Source: an uncultured Enterobacterales bacterium (GTDB lineage Bacteria > Myxococcota_A > UBA796 > CAJQPC01). From it: a stretch of 64,000 nt of DNA. The notes under the pieces are model-generated. The model saw only the letters and a list, made by a program, of their open reading frames with translations. It made no database searches and was not told the DNA's origin. Below are positions 15,417 to 23,775 of this stretch, piece by piece. A program made the translations under genes and the position numbers. The first letter of the stretch is position 1. Every line of letters starts with the position of its first letter. The DNA lies in NCBI GenBank assembly GCA_964610645.1, contig CAZSZE010000012.1:5095-69094 (forward strand), written 5' to 3'.

Positions 15417-18400
15417 TTGGCCCAAGTCGAATTCCCCACCCCTGAGACCATTGGTCCCTACCGGGTTCTTCGCCCCATCGCCCGGGGAGGGATGGGGGCG
15501 GTGTTCGAGGCAGAGGATCCCGCCAACGGGGAGCGGGTGGCGGTCAAGCTGCTGACCCACCGGGGTCTCGCCCGGCCGCGGTTTGCGCGAGAGTACAAGG
15601 CCCTGACTCGACTGGATCACAAGAACATCGTGCGGGTCTATCGGTACGGCATGCACGAGGGGAATCCCTACCTGTCCATGGAGTTTCTGGATGGCGATCC
15701 GGTGCAGGTCCACGTGCACCGACAGGGACCGCCCGGTGATGCCACCCGAGGCGAGGAGGTTGTGCGGGTGGGAGTCAACGTGTCCCGCGCCCTGGCCTAC
15801 CTGCATGAGCGCGGCATCGTGCACCGGGACCTGAAGTCCTCCAACATCATGGTGCTGCCAGAGGGGCAGGTAAAGCTGCTCGACTTTGGCACCGCCCGCC
15901 AAATGCAGGGAGAGGAGGAAATCACCCGGCGGGGGGAGTTCGTGGGCACCTTTGCCTATGCCTCTCCCGAGCAGATCACAGGGGAGTCGGTGGATGCAAA
16001 GTCCGACCTGTACTCCCTGGGGGTCCTGCTGTATCGCCTGAGCACCGGCCGCCGGCCCTTCAAGGCGGATTCTCCCCACGAGCTCGCCCGAATGCACGTG
16101 GAGCGACGCCCGGTGCCGCCCCGGAAGCTTGTTCCCATGCTGCCGGAGGCCCTGGACCAGCTGATTTTGCGGCTCCTGGAGAAGGACCCGGCGGACCGCC
16201 CGGAATCCGCCACGGTGGTGGCCGAGTTCCTGGCGAGCCAGCTGGTGGGAATTCCCCAGGCAGAACGCCCCACCCTGGGGCCCTCGCGGCTGGTGGGTCG
16301 CACCAGGCAGTTGGAACAGGTCACGGAGCTCCTTGGGCAGGAGTCCCCGGGCAAGGTGGTGCTGGTGGTGGGAAGCGCGGGGTCCGGACGCTCCCGCATG
16401 ATGCGATCCGTGGTCGCTGGAGCACGACAGAAGGGATGGCGTTGCTACAGCGGGCGGTTTGGCGGGGAGCGCGGACTGGGGGTGTTGTTGGAGGTAGCCG
16501 ACGATGTCCAGCGAACTCTGGGTATTGAGGACGAGACCACCGCGGAGTTCGGGGACGACATTGAAATGGCCACGGGCACGGTCCAGGAGCAGCTTTTTGG
16601 CTACGTGGCCACGAGCCTGATTCGCTGTGCCCAGGATGAGGGCCGCGTGCTGGTGGCCCTCGGAGATCTTCACCGCGCCAGTCCCGTGGCGCTGGATGCG
16701 CTGTCCTACACGAGGCAGCGCTGCAGGGAGGCGGAAGTTCCCGTGTTGTTCCTGGCGACCGCTCCCGATGATTCCGATGCACCGGGCACGGCCATTCGAA
16801 AGCGCTTGCCCGAGGCGGGCCGCGTGGACTTGCAGCCCCTCGAGCCCGAGGAGGTCCAGAAGCTGGTCCAGAGCATGCTCGGGGGGCAGCCCCCTTCCAT
16901 GGAACTGGCCCGGTCCATTCACAAAGTGACCGGTGGGATGCCTGGATTTGTGGGGGAGGTGGTTCGCGCCATGGTCCAGGGGTCGCTTCTTGAGGCCCGC
17001 AAGAATCGGGAGGGGATTGAGTGGGTGGATCGGACCGGGGGAGAGATCGGTATTCCCAGCACGGCCCGGGATGCCATTCGCTTGCGATTGGATGCGTTGC
17101 CTGTGGAGGCGTTGCGCTTGCTGCAGGGTCTTGCCGTGGCCGGCGGAGAAGCGCGAACCAAGGTGCTTGCGCATGCGGTGGAACGACCCCCGGTGGAGGT
17201 GGCCCCAATTCTCCAGGACCTCGTCAGCCGCCGTCTGCTCAACTCCCGGGATGGCGCCCGGGACGAGATCTGGTCCTTTCGAATGGCGTTGACCCGGGAA
17301 CTCCTGATGGAGCGGCTCCGCGACCTGCGGCGCGACGTGTTCCAGCGCCTCCTGGCCCAGGCCATGCGCGGGGAGCCGCCGGGGCCCGCCAAGATCCGCT
17401 TGTTGGCGGAGGCAGGCTGGGCAGATGAAGCCATTGCGGAGACGGTGGAGTGGGCCGTGCCGCTGTTGGAATGGGATCGGGCGGAGGAGGTGGCGCCGGT
17501 TTTGGCGACAGCCGTGGCAGCTGTCCCCTCGGTCAAGAAGCCGGATCGCGAGACCCTGGCGCGCCTCTACCTGGCGTCTGCCAGGTGTCGCCTGGTTTCC
17601 CATCCGGGAGATCCGGAAGCAAAGCTGTCCATCGAGCGGGCCTATGCCTTGGCACCCACGGAGATGCTTCGTGGCGAAATCAACATGCACCATGCCCGCC
17701 TGCAAGTGGCCCAGGGGGACTTGGATGGTGCCTGGGACCTCCTGGAGAAAGCCCGCACCAGGGTGGCCCGGGCGCCGGCGCTGCTCAAGGCTGAGGTGGG
17801 GATGAACCTGGGCCGGGTGCAGTGGTACCGAGGTCACTTTGACGAGGCCATGCACTGGTTTGAGGCGGGCCTGGAGAACGCCAGGCGCCATGGCCAGGGG
17901 CGGTACATTGCCCGGGCCCTGCTGGGCCGGGGGGTGGTCCACCTTGCCAAGGGAGAGATGCGGGCGGCTGAGACCGACCTTAGGGAAGCCGCCCTGCTCT
18001 ACGAACAAGCAGGGGACCGGGAGGGGTTGTGGCATGCCCAGGCCAATCTCTGCGATCTGTTGCGGCACAAGGCTGCCTTCGCTGAGGGAGTGCACCTCTT
18101 GGCCGAGGAGCTTCCTGCCGTGCGAGAGGGTGCCTCAGCCTTCCGGTATGCGCTGATGCTCCTGAACCTGGCGGAGTTGGAGGTGGAGATGATTCGCCTC
18201 GGCCGGGCCCGTCAGCGGGTGGAGCGTGTGGAAACCGAGTTGGATCTGGGGGAGCACCTGCACCTGCGGGCAGGGTTGGGCCTCGTGAAGGCGAAGATCG
18301 CCCTGGCCAGCGGAGATCACGCGGAAGCCCACTCTCTTCTGGATCTCCTGGTGGGGGAGGCCGAGGATGCAGACCTGCGGATCATCTCCTCCCAGCTGCG

Positions 18401-18806
18401 GGTCTATCGAGGGGAGGCCCGTGTGAACCTCGGAAGAATGGAGCAGGGGGCCGATGACCTGGCCCTGGGGATCCAGGAGCTCCAGGAGGAGGGCCACATG
18501 CCAGTGCTGGGGGAAGCCTGTGCAGCCCGGGCCCGAGCACTTTCCGGGCGGGAAGACCCGGACCTCTCGTTTGGCCCGGTGTTGCAATGGATGTTTGACG
18601 AGCCGGTCTATGCGCTGCGAATGGAGTACCTCCTGGCCAGCGCTCGCTACGCCGAGTCCCTCGGCAGTTCAAACCGTGCCTTCCAGTTCTTCAAGGAAGC
18701 AGAAGGCCTGCTCCAGGAGATCCACCGAGTCATGAAGCCCGCGGATCAAGCAGCCATGTCCATCCACCCCTGGGCCACAGCGATTCGGCGGGGGTTGGGG
18801 CAGTAG
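15417..18806 (+). CDS. Ser/Thr protein kinase fused to AAA/STAND-like ATPase and TPR-like repeats
   Basis: The TTG at 15417 follows a GGGAGG Shine-Dalgarno sequence. Kinase motifs: GGMGAVF, VAVK, HRDLKSSN, DFG, SPE. A Walker A-like GSAGSGRS is present, and the long helical C-terminus has TPR-like periodicity. Confidence 0.85.
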   Translation: MAQVEFPTPETIGPYRVLRPIARGGMGAVFEAEDPANGERVAVKLLTHRGLARPRFAREYKALTRLDHKNIVRVYRYGMHEGNPYLSMEFLDGDPVQVHVHRQGPPGDATRGEEVVRVGVNVSRALAYLHERGIVHRDLKSSNIMVLPEGQVKLLDFGTARQMQGEEEITRRGEFVGTFAYASPEQITGESVDAKSDLYSLGVLLYRLSTGRRPFKADSPHELARMHVERRPVPPRKLVPMLPEALDQLILRLLEKDPADRPESATVVAEFLASQLVGIPQAERPTLGPSRLVGRTRQLEQVTELLGQESPGKVVLVVGSAGSGRSRMMRSVVAGARQKGWRCYSGRFGGERGLGVLLEVADDVQRTLGIEDETTAEFGDDIEMATGTVQEQLFGYVATSLIRCAQDEGRVLVALGDLHRASPVALDALSYTRQRCREAEVPVLFLATAPDDSDAPGTAIRKRLPEAGRVDLQPLEPEEVQKLVQSMLGGQPPSMELARSIHKVTGGMPGFVGEVVRAMVQGSLLEARKNREGIEWVDRTGGEIGIPSTARDAIRLRLDALPVEALRLLQGLAVAGGEARTKVLAHAVERPPVEVAPILQDLVSRRLLNSRDGARDEIWSFRMALTRELLMERLRDLRRDVFQRLLAQAMRGEPPGPAKIRLLAEAGWADEAIAETVEWAVPLLEWDRAEEVAPVLATAVAAVPSVKKPDRETLARLYLASARCRLVSHPGDPEAKLSIERAYALAPTEMLRGEINMHHARLQVAQGDLDGAWDLLEKARTRVARAPALLKAEVGMNLGRVQWYRGHFDEAMHWFEAGLENARRHGQGRYIARALLGRGVVHLAKGEMRAAETDLREAALLYEQAGDREGLWHAQANLCDLLRHKAAFAEGVHLLAEELPAVREGASAFRYALMLLNLAELEVEMIRLGRARQRVERVETELDLGEHLHLRAGLGLVKAKIALASGDHAEAHSLLDLLVGEAEDADLRIISSQLRVYRGEARVNLGRMEQGADDLALGIQELQEEGHMPVLGEACAARARALSGREDPDLSFGPVLQWMFDEPVYALRMEYLLASARYAESLGSSNRAFQFFKEAEGLLQEIHRVMKPADQAAMSIHPWATAIRRGLGQ

Positions 18807-19008
18807 GGAACCGGCTGCCCAGGTGGCCGTGAAGTGAGGCGTGCGAAATCACACAAGTTCCTGTGATATGCGGGGCCTTGGCGTTGTTTGGCGGTGGTAT
18901 GATCCCTACTACCGCATAGGGAAGACAGGGAGGTCCGGAAACCCCTCCCCTCATGGGCCAGGGGACCGTCGGGCCTGGGGACGAACGCAGGAATCTGGGA
19001 GGCGATTG

Positions 19009-20529
19009 ATGGGAACCGAGTTCGGGGACCTGAGCACGGGCACACCCCACTACTCGGATAACTGGGCCGAAATGAAGGCCTACGTGAGTTTCACCGAGGA
19101 GGACTCACAGAGGCTCGCGGAGGTCCTCCCACTGCTGCGCCCTCACTTCAGGCAGCTGGTGGGGCACTTCTACGAGGTGATCGCAGAGTTTCCAGGGGCA
19201 AGGAGCGTCTTGAAGGACGATTCGCAGGTGGAGCGGCTTCAAAAGACGCTTCTGAATTGGTTGGTCGAGCTCTTTGAGGGACCCCATGACCTGTCCTATT
19301 TCGAGAGCAGGCGGCGAATCGGAGAGGTGCATGTAAGGGTCGGGTTGGAAGAGAGGTACATGTTTACGGCGATGAGCGTCATTCGCAGTGACCTTCTCGA
19401 TGTGGTCGCGGAGGTTTGTTCATCGGAAAAGACGGGCGAGATCAGCCGGTCCATTCTTCGAATCACGGATCTGGATCTTGCGGCCATGACAACTTCCTAC
19501 CGGGAGACACGAGAGCTGGCCCGTCTACAGGCATTGCACTCGGAGGTGGTCCAGAATCTTCCCGCGGGTGTGATTTGCATGGATCGAGCTGGGATCGTCA
19601 CCGCGGTGACAGAGATGACCAGGTTGATCTTGGGAGTGGACGTTGAGGTCGGTGACCAGGCTTTGGAAGTGCTTCCGACAGGGCTGTTCGGTGGAACATC
19701 GCTGGCACAGCTTCTCGAAGAGGTAATCCCTTTGGGGGTCCCCAAGCACATTGGTGGCGTGACCCTGGGCACAGGACAGGAAAGACGGACACTGCGCCTG
19801 AACGTTGTGCCCATGTTCCACGGCCTGTCGGACCTCATGATCAAGGTAGAAGACATCACGGAGGAGACCCGCGCCGAGCTGGAGGCCCGTCAGTCCAAAT
19901 CCCTCGCCCAGATTGGTGCGCTCACGGCCAATCTCGCCCATGAGATTCGAAATCCTCTCGCCGGTATCTCTTCCACGGTGCAGGTGGTGATGGGGGGGTT
20001 GGCGGAGAGTGATCGGCGGCGAAGAGCGCTGGCGCTTGTCACAGAACAGGTCGCCCGGTTGGATCACCTCGTGACCGATCTGCTCCTCTTTGGTCGCGCA
20101 ACGACGCCGCGTTGTGAGCGCACCGACTTGGGTGCTCTTGTTCTTGAGGTCATCAACGACAGGGGTTTCAATTCCGATTTCTTGGAGCGGGGCACAGCTT
20201 TGGCTTGGGCGGATCCGGACTGCGTGTGCCAGGTGCTCGTGAATCTCCTGCAGAACGCACTGGCAGCAGCAGGTCCGGGAGGCAGGGTCCTGGTCCGGGT
20301 AGGCCCGGGCCCGCAATTGGAGGTGCTGGACGATGGGCCCGGCGTGGAGGCGTCCGTACGGGAGACTCTCTTCGGTGCTTTTGTCACCACCAAGGCCAGG
20401 GGTACGGGCCTGGGTCTTGCAATCAGTCGCCAGATTTCGGAAGCGATGTCGGGAACCCTTGTCCTGGTGGAGGCGCCTGAGGATTCCCTTGGGGGGGCCT
20501 GTTTTCGCCTCAGCTTTCCTTCTGCTTGA
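19009..20529 (+). CDS. Globin-coupled sensor histidine kinase (sensor globin - PAS-like - HisKA - HATPase)
   Basis: The ATG at 19009 follows a GGGAGG Shine-Dalgarno sequence. The N-terminal sensor-globin/protoglobin signature has FTEEDSQRL, GHFYEVI (distal Tyr context) and RRIGEVHVRVGL (proximal His context). The H-box is LAHEIRNPLAGI. The ATPase domain has G-boxes (DDGPGV, GTGLGLAI). Confidence 0.8.
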   Translation: MGTEFGDLSTGTPHYSDNWAEMKAYVSFTEEDSQRLAEVLPLLRPHFRQLVGHFYEVIAEFPGARSVLKDDSQVERLQKTLLNWLVELFEGPHDLSYFESRRRIGEVHVRVGLEERYMFTAMSVIRSDLLDVVAEVCSSEKTGEISRSILRITDLDLAAMTTSYRETRELARLQALHSEVVQNLPAGVICMDRAGIVTAVTEMTRLILGVDVEVGDQALEVLPTGLFGGTSLAQLLEEVIPLGVPKHIGGVTLGTGQERRTLRLNVVPMFHGLSDLMIKVEDITEETRAELEARQSKSLAQIGALTANLAHEIRNPLAGISSTVQVVMGGLAESDRRRRALALVTEQVARLDHLVTDLLLFGRATTPRCERTDLGALVLEVINDRGFNSDFLERGTALAWADPDCVCQVLVNLLQNALAAAGPGGRVLVRVGPGPQLEVLDDGPGVEASVRETLFGAFVTTKARGTGLGLAISRQISEAMSGTLVLVEAPEDSLGGACFRLSFPSA

Positions 20530-21901
20530 TCTGGATTCCGTGCTTCTCGAGGCGGTAGCGTAGGGCGTAGCGGCTGATGTCAAGCAGCTTGGCGGCTTGC
20601 ACTTGGTTGCCCTGGGTGCGGGCCAGGGCTTGTTCCAGAAGTTGGCGCTCAACCTCCTCCAGGCTCGCCCCCGCCTCCCCCAGGACCAGCAGATTTTCGG
20701 GAACCGCTTCCCCCGGCTTGGGGTTGTGCGCCCTGGCCTCCTTGGGAAGGTGTGCGACCTCAATTGTCTCGTCTGCCTCAAGGATAATGGCACGCTCGAT
20801 CACGTTTCGAAGCTCCCGCACGTTTCCGGGCCATGGGTAGCTACACATCAGGTCCATTGCTTCCACACTGACACCGGTGATTTCCCGGCGATATTCCCTG
20901 TTGAATTGCCGCACGAAGTGATCCACGAGAAGTGGGATGTCGGTTCTACGCTCTCGAAGAGGAGGCACGACCAACTCCACGACGTTCAGCCGGTAGAAGA
21001 GGTCCTGGCGAAATGTCTTCTTCTGTACCTCTTCTGCCAGGTTTCGGTTTGTGGCCGCGATCACGCATGCGTCCATCTTGATGTCGTGGACGCTTCCCAC
21101 TCGTCTAAACCGCCGATTTTCCATGATTCGAAGGAGCTTGGCCTGCACCCCGATGCCCAACTCCCCGATCTCATCGAGAAAGAGCGTTCCGCCCTTGGCG
21201 ATCTCGAAGAGACCGGGCTTGGCAGTCCTTGCATCCGTGAAGGCACCTCGCTCGTGACCAAACAGCTCCGATTCGATCAGGGTCTCGGGCAGGGCAGCAC
21301 AGTCTACCTCCACATAGAGCCCATCCGATCGGGTGCCCGAGTCATGAATGGCCTTGGCGAGAAGGTCCTTTCCGGTTCCCGTTTCTCCTTGAATCAGGAT
21401 GGCTGGGGGATCCACGTCCTTCAATCGCTCGACGAGGGAGAGGACCCTCCGAATGCCGGCGGATTCTCCGATAATGCGTCCATAGTGGCGCTCGGCGCTC
21501 TTCTTGAGGTATCGAACTTCTAGTTGCAGGCGATGGCTCTTCAGCGCCTTCTCCACGGCGAACTCCACTTCCCGAAGATCGAAGGGCTTGCTCAGGTAGG
21601 CGTGGGCGCCCAGGCGGGTGGCCTCGATGGCTGACTCAATGGCCTCGAAGGCCGTGAGGACAATGACCGGCAGGGTGCTCTCTGTCTCTCGCAGGTGGCG
21701 CAGCACATCCAGTCCGCCCATCTGTGGCATTCGCAAGTCGGTGATCAAGAGGTCTGGTGAGACCGACGTGATCTGTTCAAGGCACTCCTTTCCGTTCTCC
21801 GCTTCGAAGATGCGATAGCCCAGGCCCTCCATGTGCTCCCGAAGCGCCCACCGGATGAGCGGTTCATCGTCACAGATGAGAATGTTGACGGGAACTTCCA
21901 T
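20510..21901 (-). CDS. Sigma-54-dependent response regulator (NtrC family enhancer-binding protein)
   Basis: Probable start is MEVPVNILICDDEP (21901). It has a receiver domain, an AAA+ core with Walker A GETGTGKD and the sigma-54 contact loop GAFTDA (a GAFTGA variant), and a C-terminal Fis-type HTH (AAKLLDISRYALRYRL). The 3' end overlaps the kinase gene by 20 nt (convergent). Confidence 0.9.
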   Translation of the reverse strand: MEVPVNILICDDEPLIRWALREHMEGLGYRIFEAENGKECLEQITSVSPDLLITDLRMPQMGGLDVLRHLRETESTLPVIVLTAFEAIESAIEATRLGAHAYLSKPFDLREVEFAVEKALKSHRLQLEVRYLKKSAERHYGRIIGESAGIRRVLSLVERLKDVDPPAILIQGETGTGKDLLAKAIHDSGTRSDGLYVEVDCAALPETLIESELFGHERGAFTDARTAKPGLFEIAKGGTLFLDEIGELGIGVQAKLLRIMENRRFRRVGSVHDIKMDACVIAATNRNLAEEVQKKTFRQDLFYRLNVVELVVPPLRERRTDIPLLVDHFVRQFNREYRREITGVSVEAMDLMCSYPWPGNVRELRNVIERAIILEADETIEVAHLPKEARAHNPKPGEAVPENLLVLGEAGASLEEVERQLLEQALARTQGNQVQAAKLLDISRYALRYRLEKHGIQIKQKES

Positions 21902-22033
21902 GGGCTGGCATCCTCTCCATTCGCTCTGGAAAAGCCATTTTTCCCAGTCAATCGCTTGCAAGCGCCATGCCGGCTGAATGAAGGCGCCGAGGGGAAGCGT
22001 ACGGCGATCGGGAATGTTCGCCTATTCTGTTGT

Positions 22034-22068
22034 GGGTGTTTTCGCACATTGTTGCCCGGTGAACACCC
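22034..22068. promoter_or_regulatory. Inverted repeat GGGTGTT-N21-AACACCC, candidate activator (UAS) site
   Basis: Perfect 7-nt arms at 22034-22040 and 22062-22068, about 75-110 nt upstream of the -24/-12 element. There is no binding-site model to test against. Confidence 0.2.
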
Positions 22069-22141
22069 TGTTTGGGGGGGGCGAAAGTGCAGGGCAGCGG
22101 CGGATCTTCGGCTGGGCGGGTGGTTGCTCGGGGCCTTGGGT

Positions 22142-22157
22142 TGGCACGCAATGTGCA
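22142..22157 (+). promoter_or_regulatory. Sigma-54 (-24/-12) promoter candidate
   Basis: TGGCACGCAATGTGCA matches the TGGCACG-N4-TTGCW consensus with one mismatch and correct GG/GC spacing. It lies ~100 nt upstream of the boxB-like ATG (22255) and divergent from the sigma-54 activator gene. Confidence 0.55.
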
Positions 22158-22254
22158 CACTTTGACCAAGGCGTTGCTGGGTGTGTCAGAGGTGTTCCCG
22201 TGTGGTTCCCTTGAAGGACACGTGCGGGCCGCAGACCTGGGAGAAGAAGTGGCA

Positions 22255-23664
22255 ATGGACTATGGGGCAACTGTCCCGAACAATGTGGGGCTCGCGAGCG
22301 ACCGGAAGCTACTGCGGGCGCTGGCCGCTTGGCAGCCCAAGTTCCGGGACTGGTGGGCAGATGTTGGCCCCCAGGGGTTCGACCAGGAGGAGGTGTACCT
22401 GCGCACGGCCGTTTCGACGGAGCCGGGTGGGTGGTCGCGCTTTGGGTTTGTGCAGATACCGGAGTATCGCTGGGGCATCTTCCTCGCGGACCCGATCGTG
22501 GATCGCAAGGTCCCCTGTGGGGATGATGCCGGGGAGAGGGCCTGGCAGGAGGTGCCGGGAGATCGGCGGAGCCTGTTGCAGAGCTTGATCGTGACGCAGG
22601 CGGACACGGAGCCGGCGTCGGTGGAGCAACAGCGGGCGCTTGGAAGTACCGCCCCAAGTCTGTACGACGCCCGAAACCTGCTGCAGGTAAATGTGGAAGA
22701 AGGCCGACACCTGTGGGCGATGGTGTACCTGCTCCATCGCTACTTTGGTAGAGATGGCCGGGACCAGGCGGATGACTTGTTGGTGCGGCGAGCAGGGGAT
22801 GCGGACTGTCCCCGAATCCTCGAGGCATTCAACCAACCGTGCGAGGACTGGCTGAGTTTCTTCTGTTTCACCTGTTTCACGGATCGGGATGGCAAGTACC
22901 AGCTGGGAGCCCTGGCGGAGTCCGGGTTTGATCCCCTTTCCCGGACCTGCCGCTTCATGCTCACCGAGGAGGCTCATCACCTGTTTGTGGGAGAACGGGG
23001 CTTGGAGAGAATCCTGCGCAGATCCGTGCAGTTGACTCGAGAGGATCCCAACGGGGACGCCAGGGGACAAGGTGGGATTGACCTCCCCACGCTTCAGAAG
23101 TACTGCAACTTCTGGTTTGCCTATTGTTTGGATCTCTTTGGTTCTGAGGAGAGCTCAAACGCGGCGCAGGCCTTCTCCATGGGGCTCAAGGGGCGGTGGA
23201 AGGAGAACCATCTTGAGGGAGATCATGTCTGTACCCACGGGGAGGTCTCCTTGCCGATGGTTCAGGACGGGGTGCTGGTCCACAAGGATGTGCCTCTTCG
23301 CCGCGCCATGAACGAGCTGCTTCGGGTGGAGTACATCAAGGACTGCCAGCGCGTGGTGGAACGTTGGAACCGGGCTCTTCAAGGAGAGGGAAGCGACTTT
23401 CGGATCAGCCTCCCCAATCACCGGTTCTTTCGACGAAAAGGACTGTACTCCGGGCACAAGTTTGACCCGGAGGGGAGGCTTGTTTCAGAGGCGGAGTGGT
23501 TGAAGCAGCAAGACGATTGGCTGCCCACTGCGTCGGATCGACGCTATGTCCAATCCTTGATGCAACCCTGCCTGGAGCCGGGAGAGATGGCCCATTGGAT
23601 CTGCGCGCCCACCCGTGGAATCAATGGGCGGCCGGTGCATTTCGAGTATCTGCGGGCGTGTTGA
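22255..23664 (+). CDS. boxB: Benzoyl-CoA 2,3-epoxidase (oxygenase) component B-like di-iron protein
   Basis: The ATG at 22255 starts MDYGATVPNNVGL. It shows extended similarity to BoxB as I recall it (WQP.F..WW, YLRTAVS, YRWGIFLA, IVTQADTEPASVEQQR, APSLYD.RNL.QVNVEEGRHLWAMVYLL, FMLTEEAHH, INGRPV.FEY). Di-iron E..H motifs are present. Confidence 0.85.
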   Translation: MDYGATVPNNVGLASDRKLLRALAAWQPKFRDWWADVGPQGFDQEEVYLRTAVSTEPGGWSRFGFVQIPEYRWGIFLADPIVDRKVPCGDDAGERAWQEVPGDRRSLLQSLIVTQADTEPASVEQQRALGSTAPSLYDARNLLQVNVEEGRHLWAMVYLLHRYFGRDGRDQADDLLVRRAGDADCPRILEAFNQPCEDWLSFFCFTCFTDRDGKYQLGALAESGFDPLSRTCRFMLTEEAHHLFVGERGLERILRRSVQLTREDPNGDARGQGGIDLPTLQKYCNFWFAYCLDLFGSEESSNAAQAFSMGLKGRWKENHLEGDHVCTHGEVSLPMVQDGVLVHKDVPLRRAMNELLRVEYIKDCQRVVERWNRALQGEGSDFRISLPNHRFFRRKGLYSGHKFDPEGRLVSEAEWLKQQDDWLPTASDRRYVQSLMQPCLEPGEMAHWICAPTRGINGRPVHFEYLRAC

Positions 23665-23775
23665 AGCGTAGCGACGAAGACGGAGTCTAAAGAGGCGAGC
23701 CGTCCTCGGGAGGCACCCGCAGCTCTTTGGCACTTCACTGCACGCCTGGCACCGGAACAGCGGCGGTAGGTTGCG

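Noticed and set aside
18868-18950. Inverted repeats between the kinase genes (ATCACA-N8-TGTGAT at ~18868-18887 and GGGAGG-N10-CCTCCC at ~18926-18947), considered as a terminator or riboswitch.
   Set aside because: The first stem is short and AT-rich and the second has no trailing U-tract. No known riboswitch consensus was recognised. The evidence is insufficient for a feature call.
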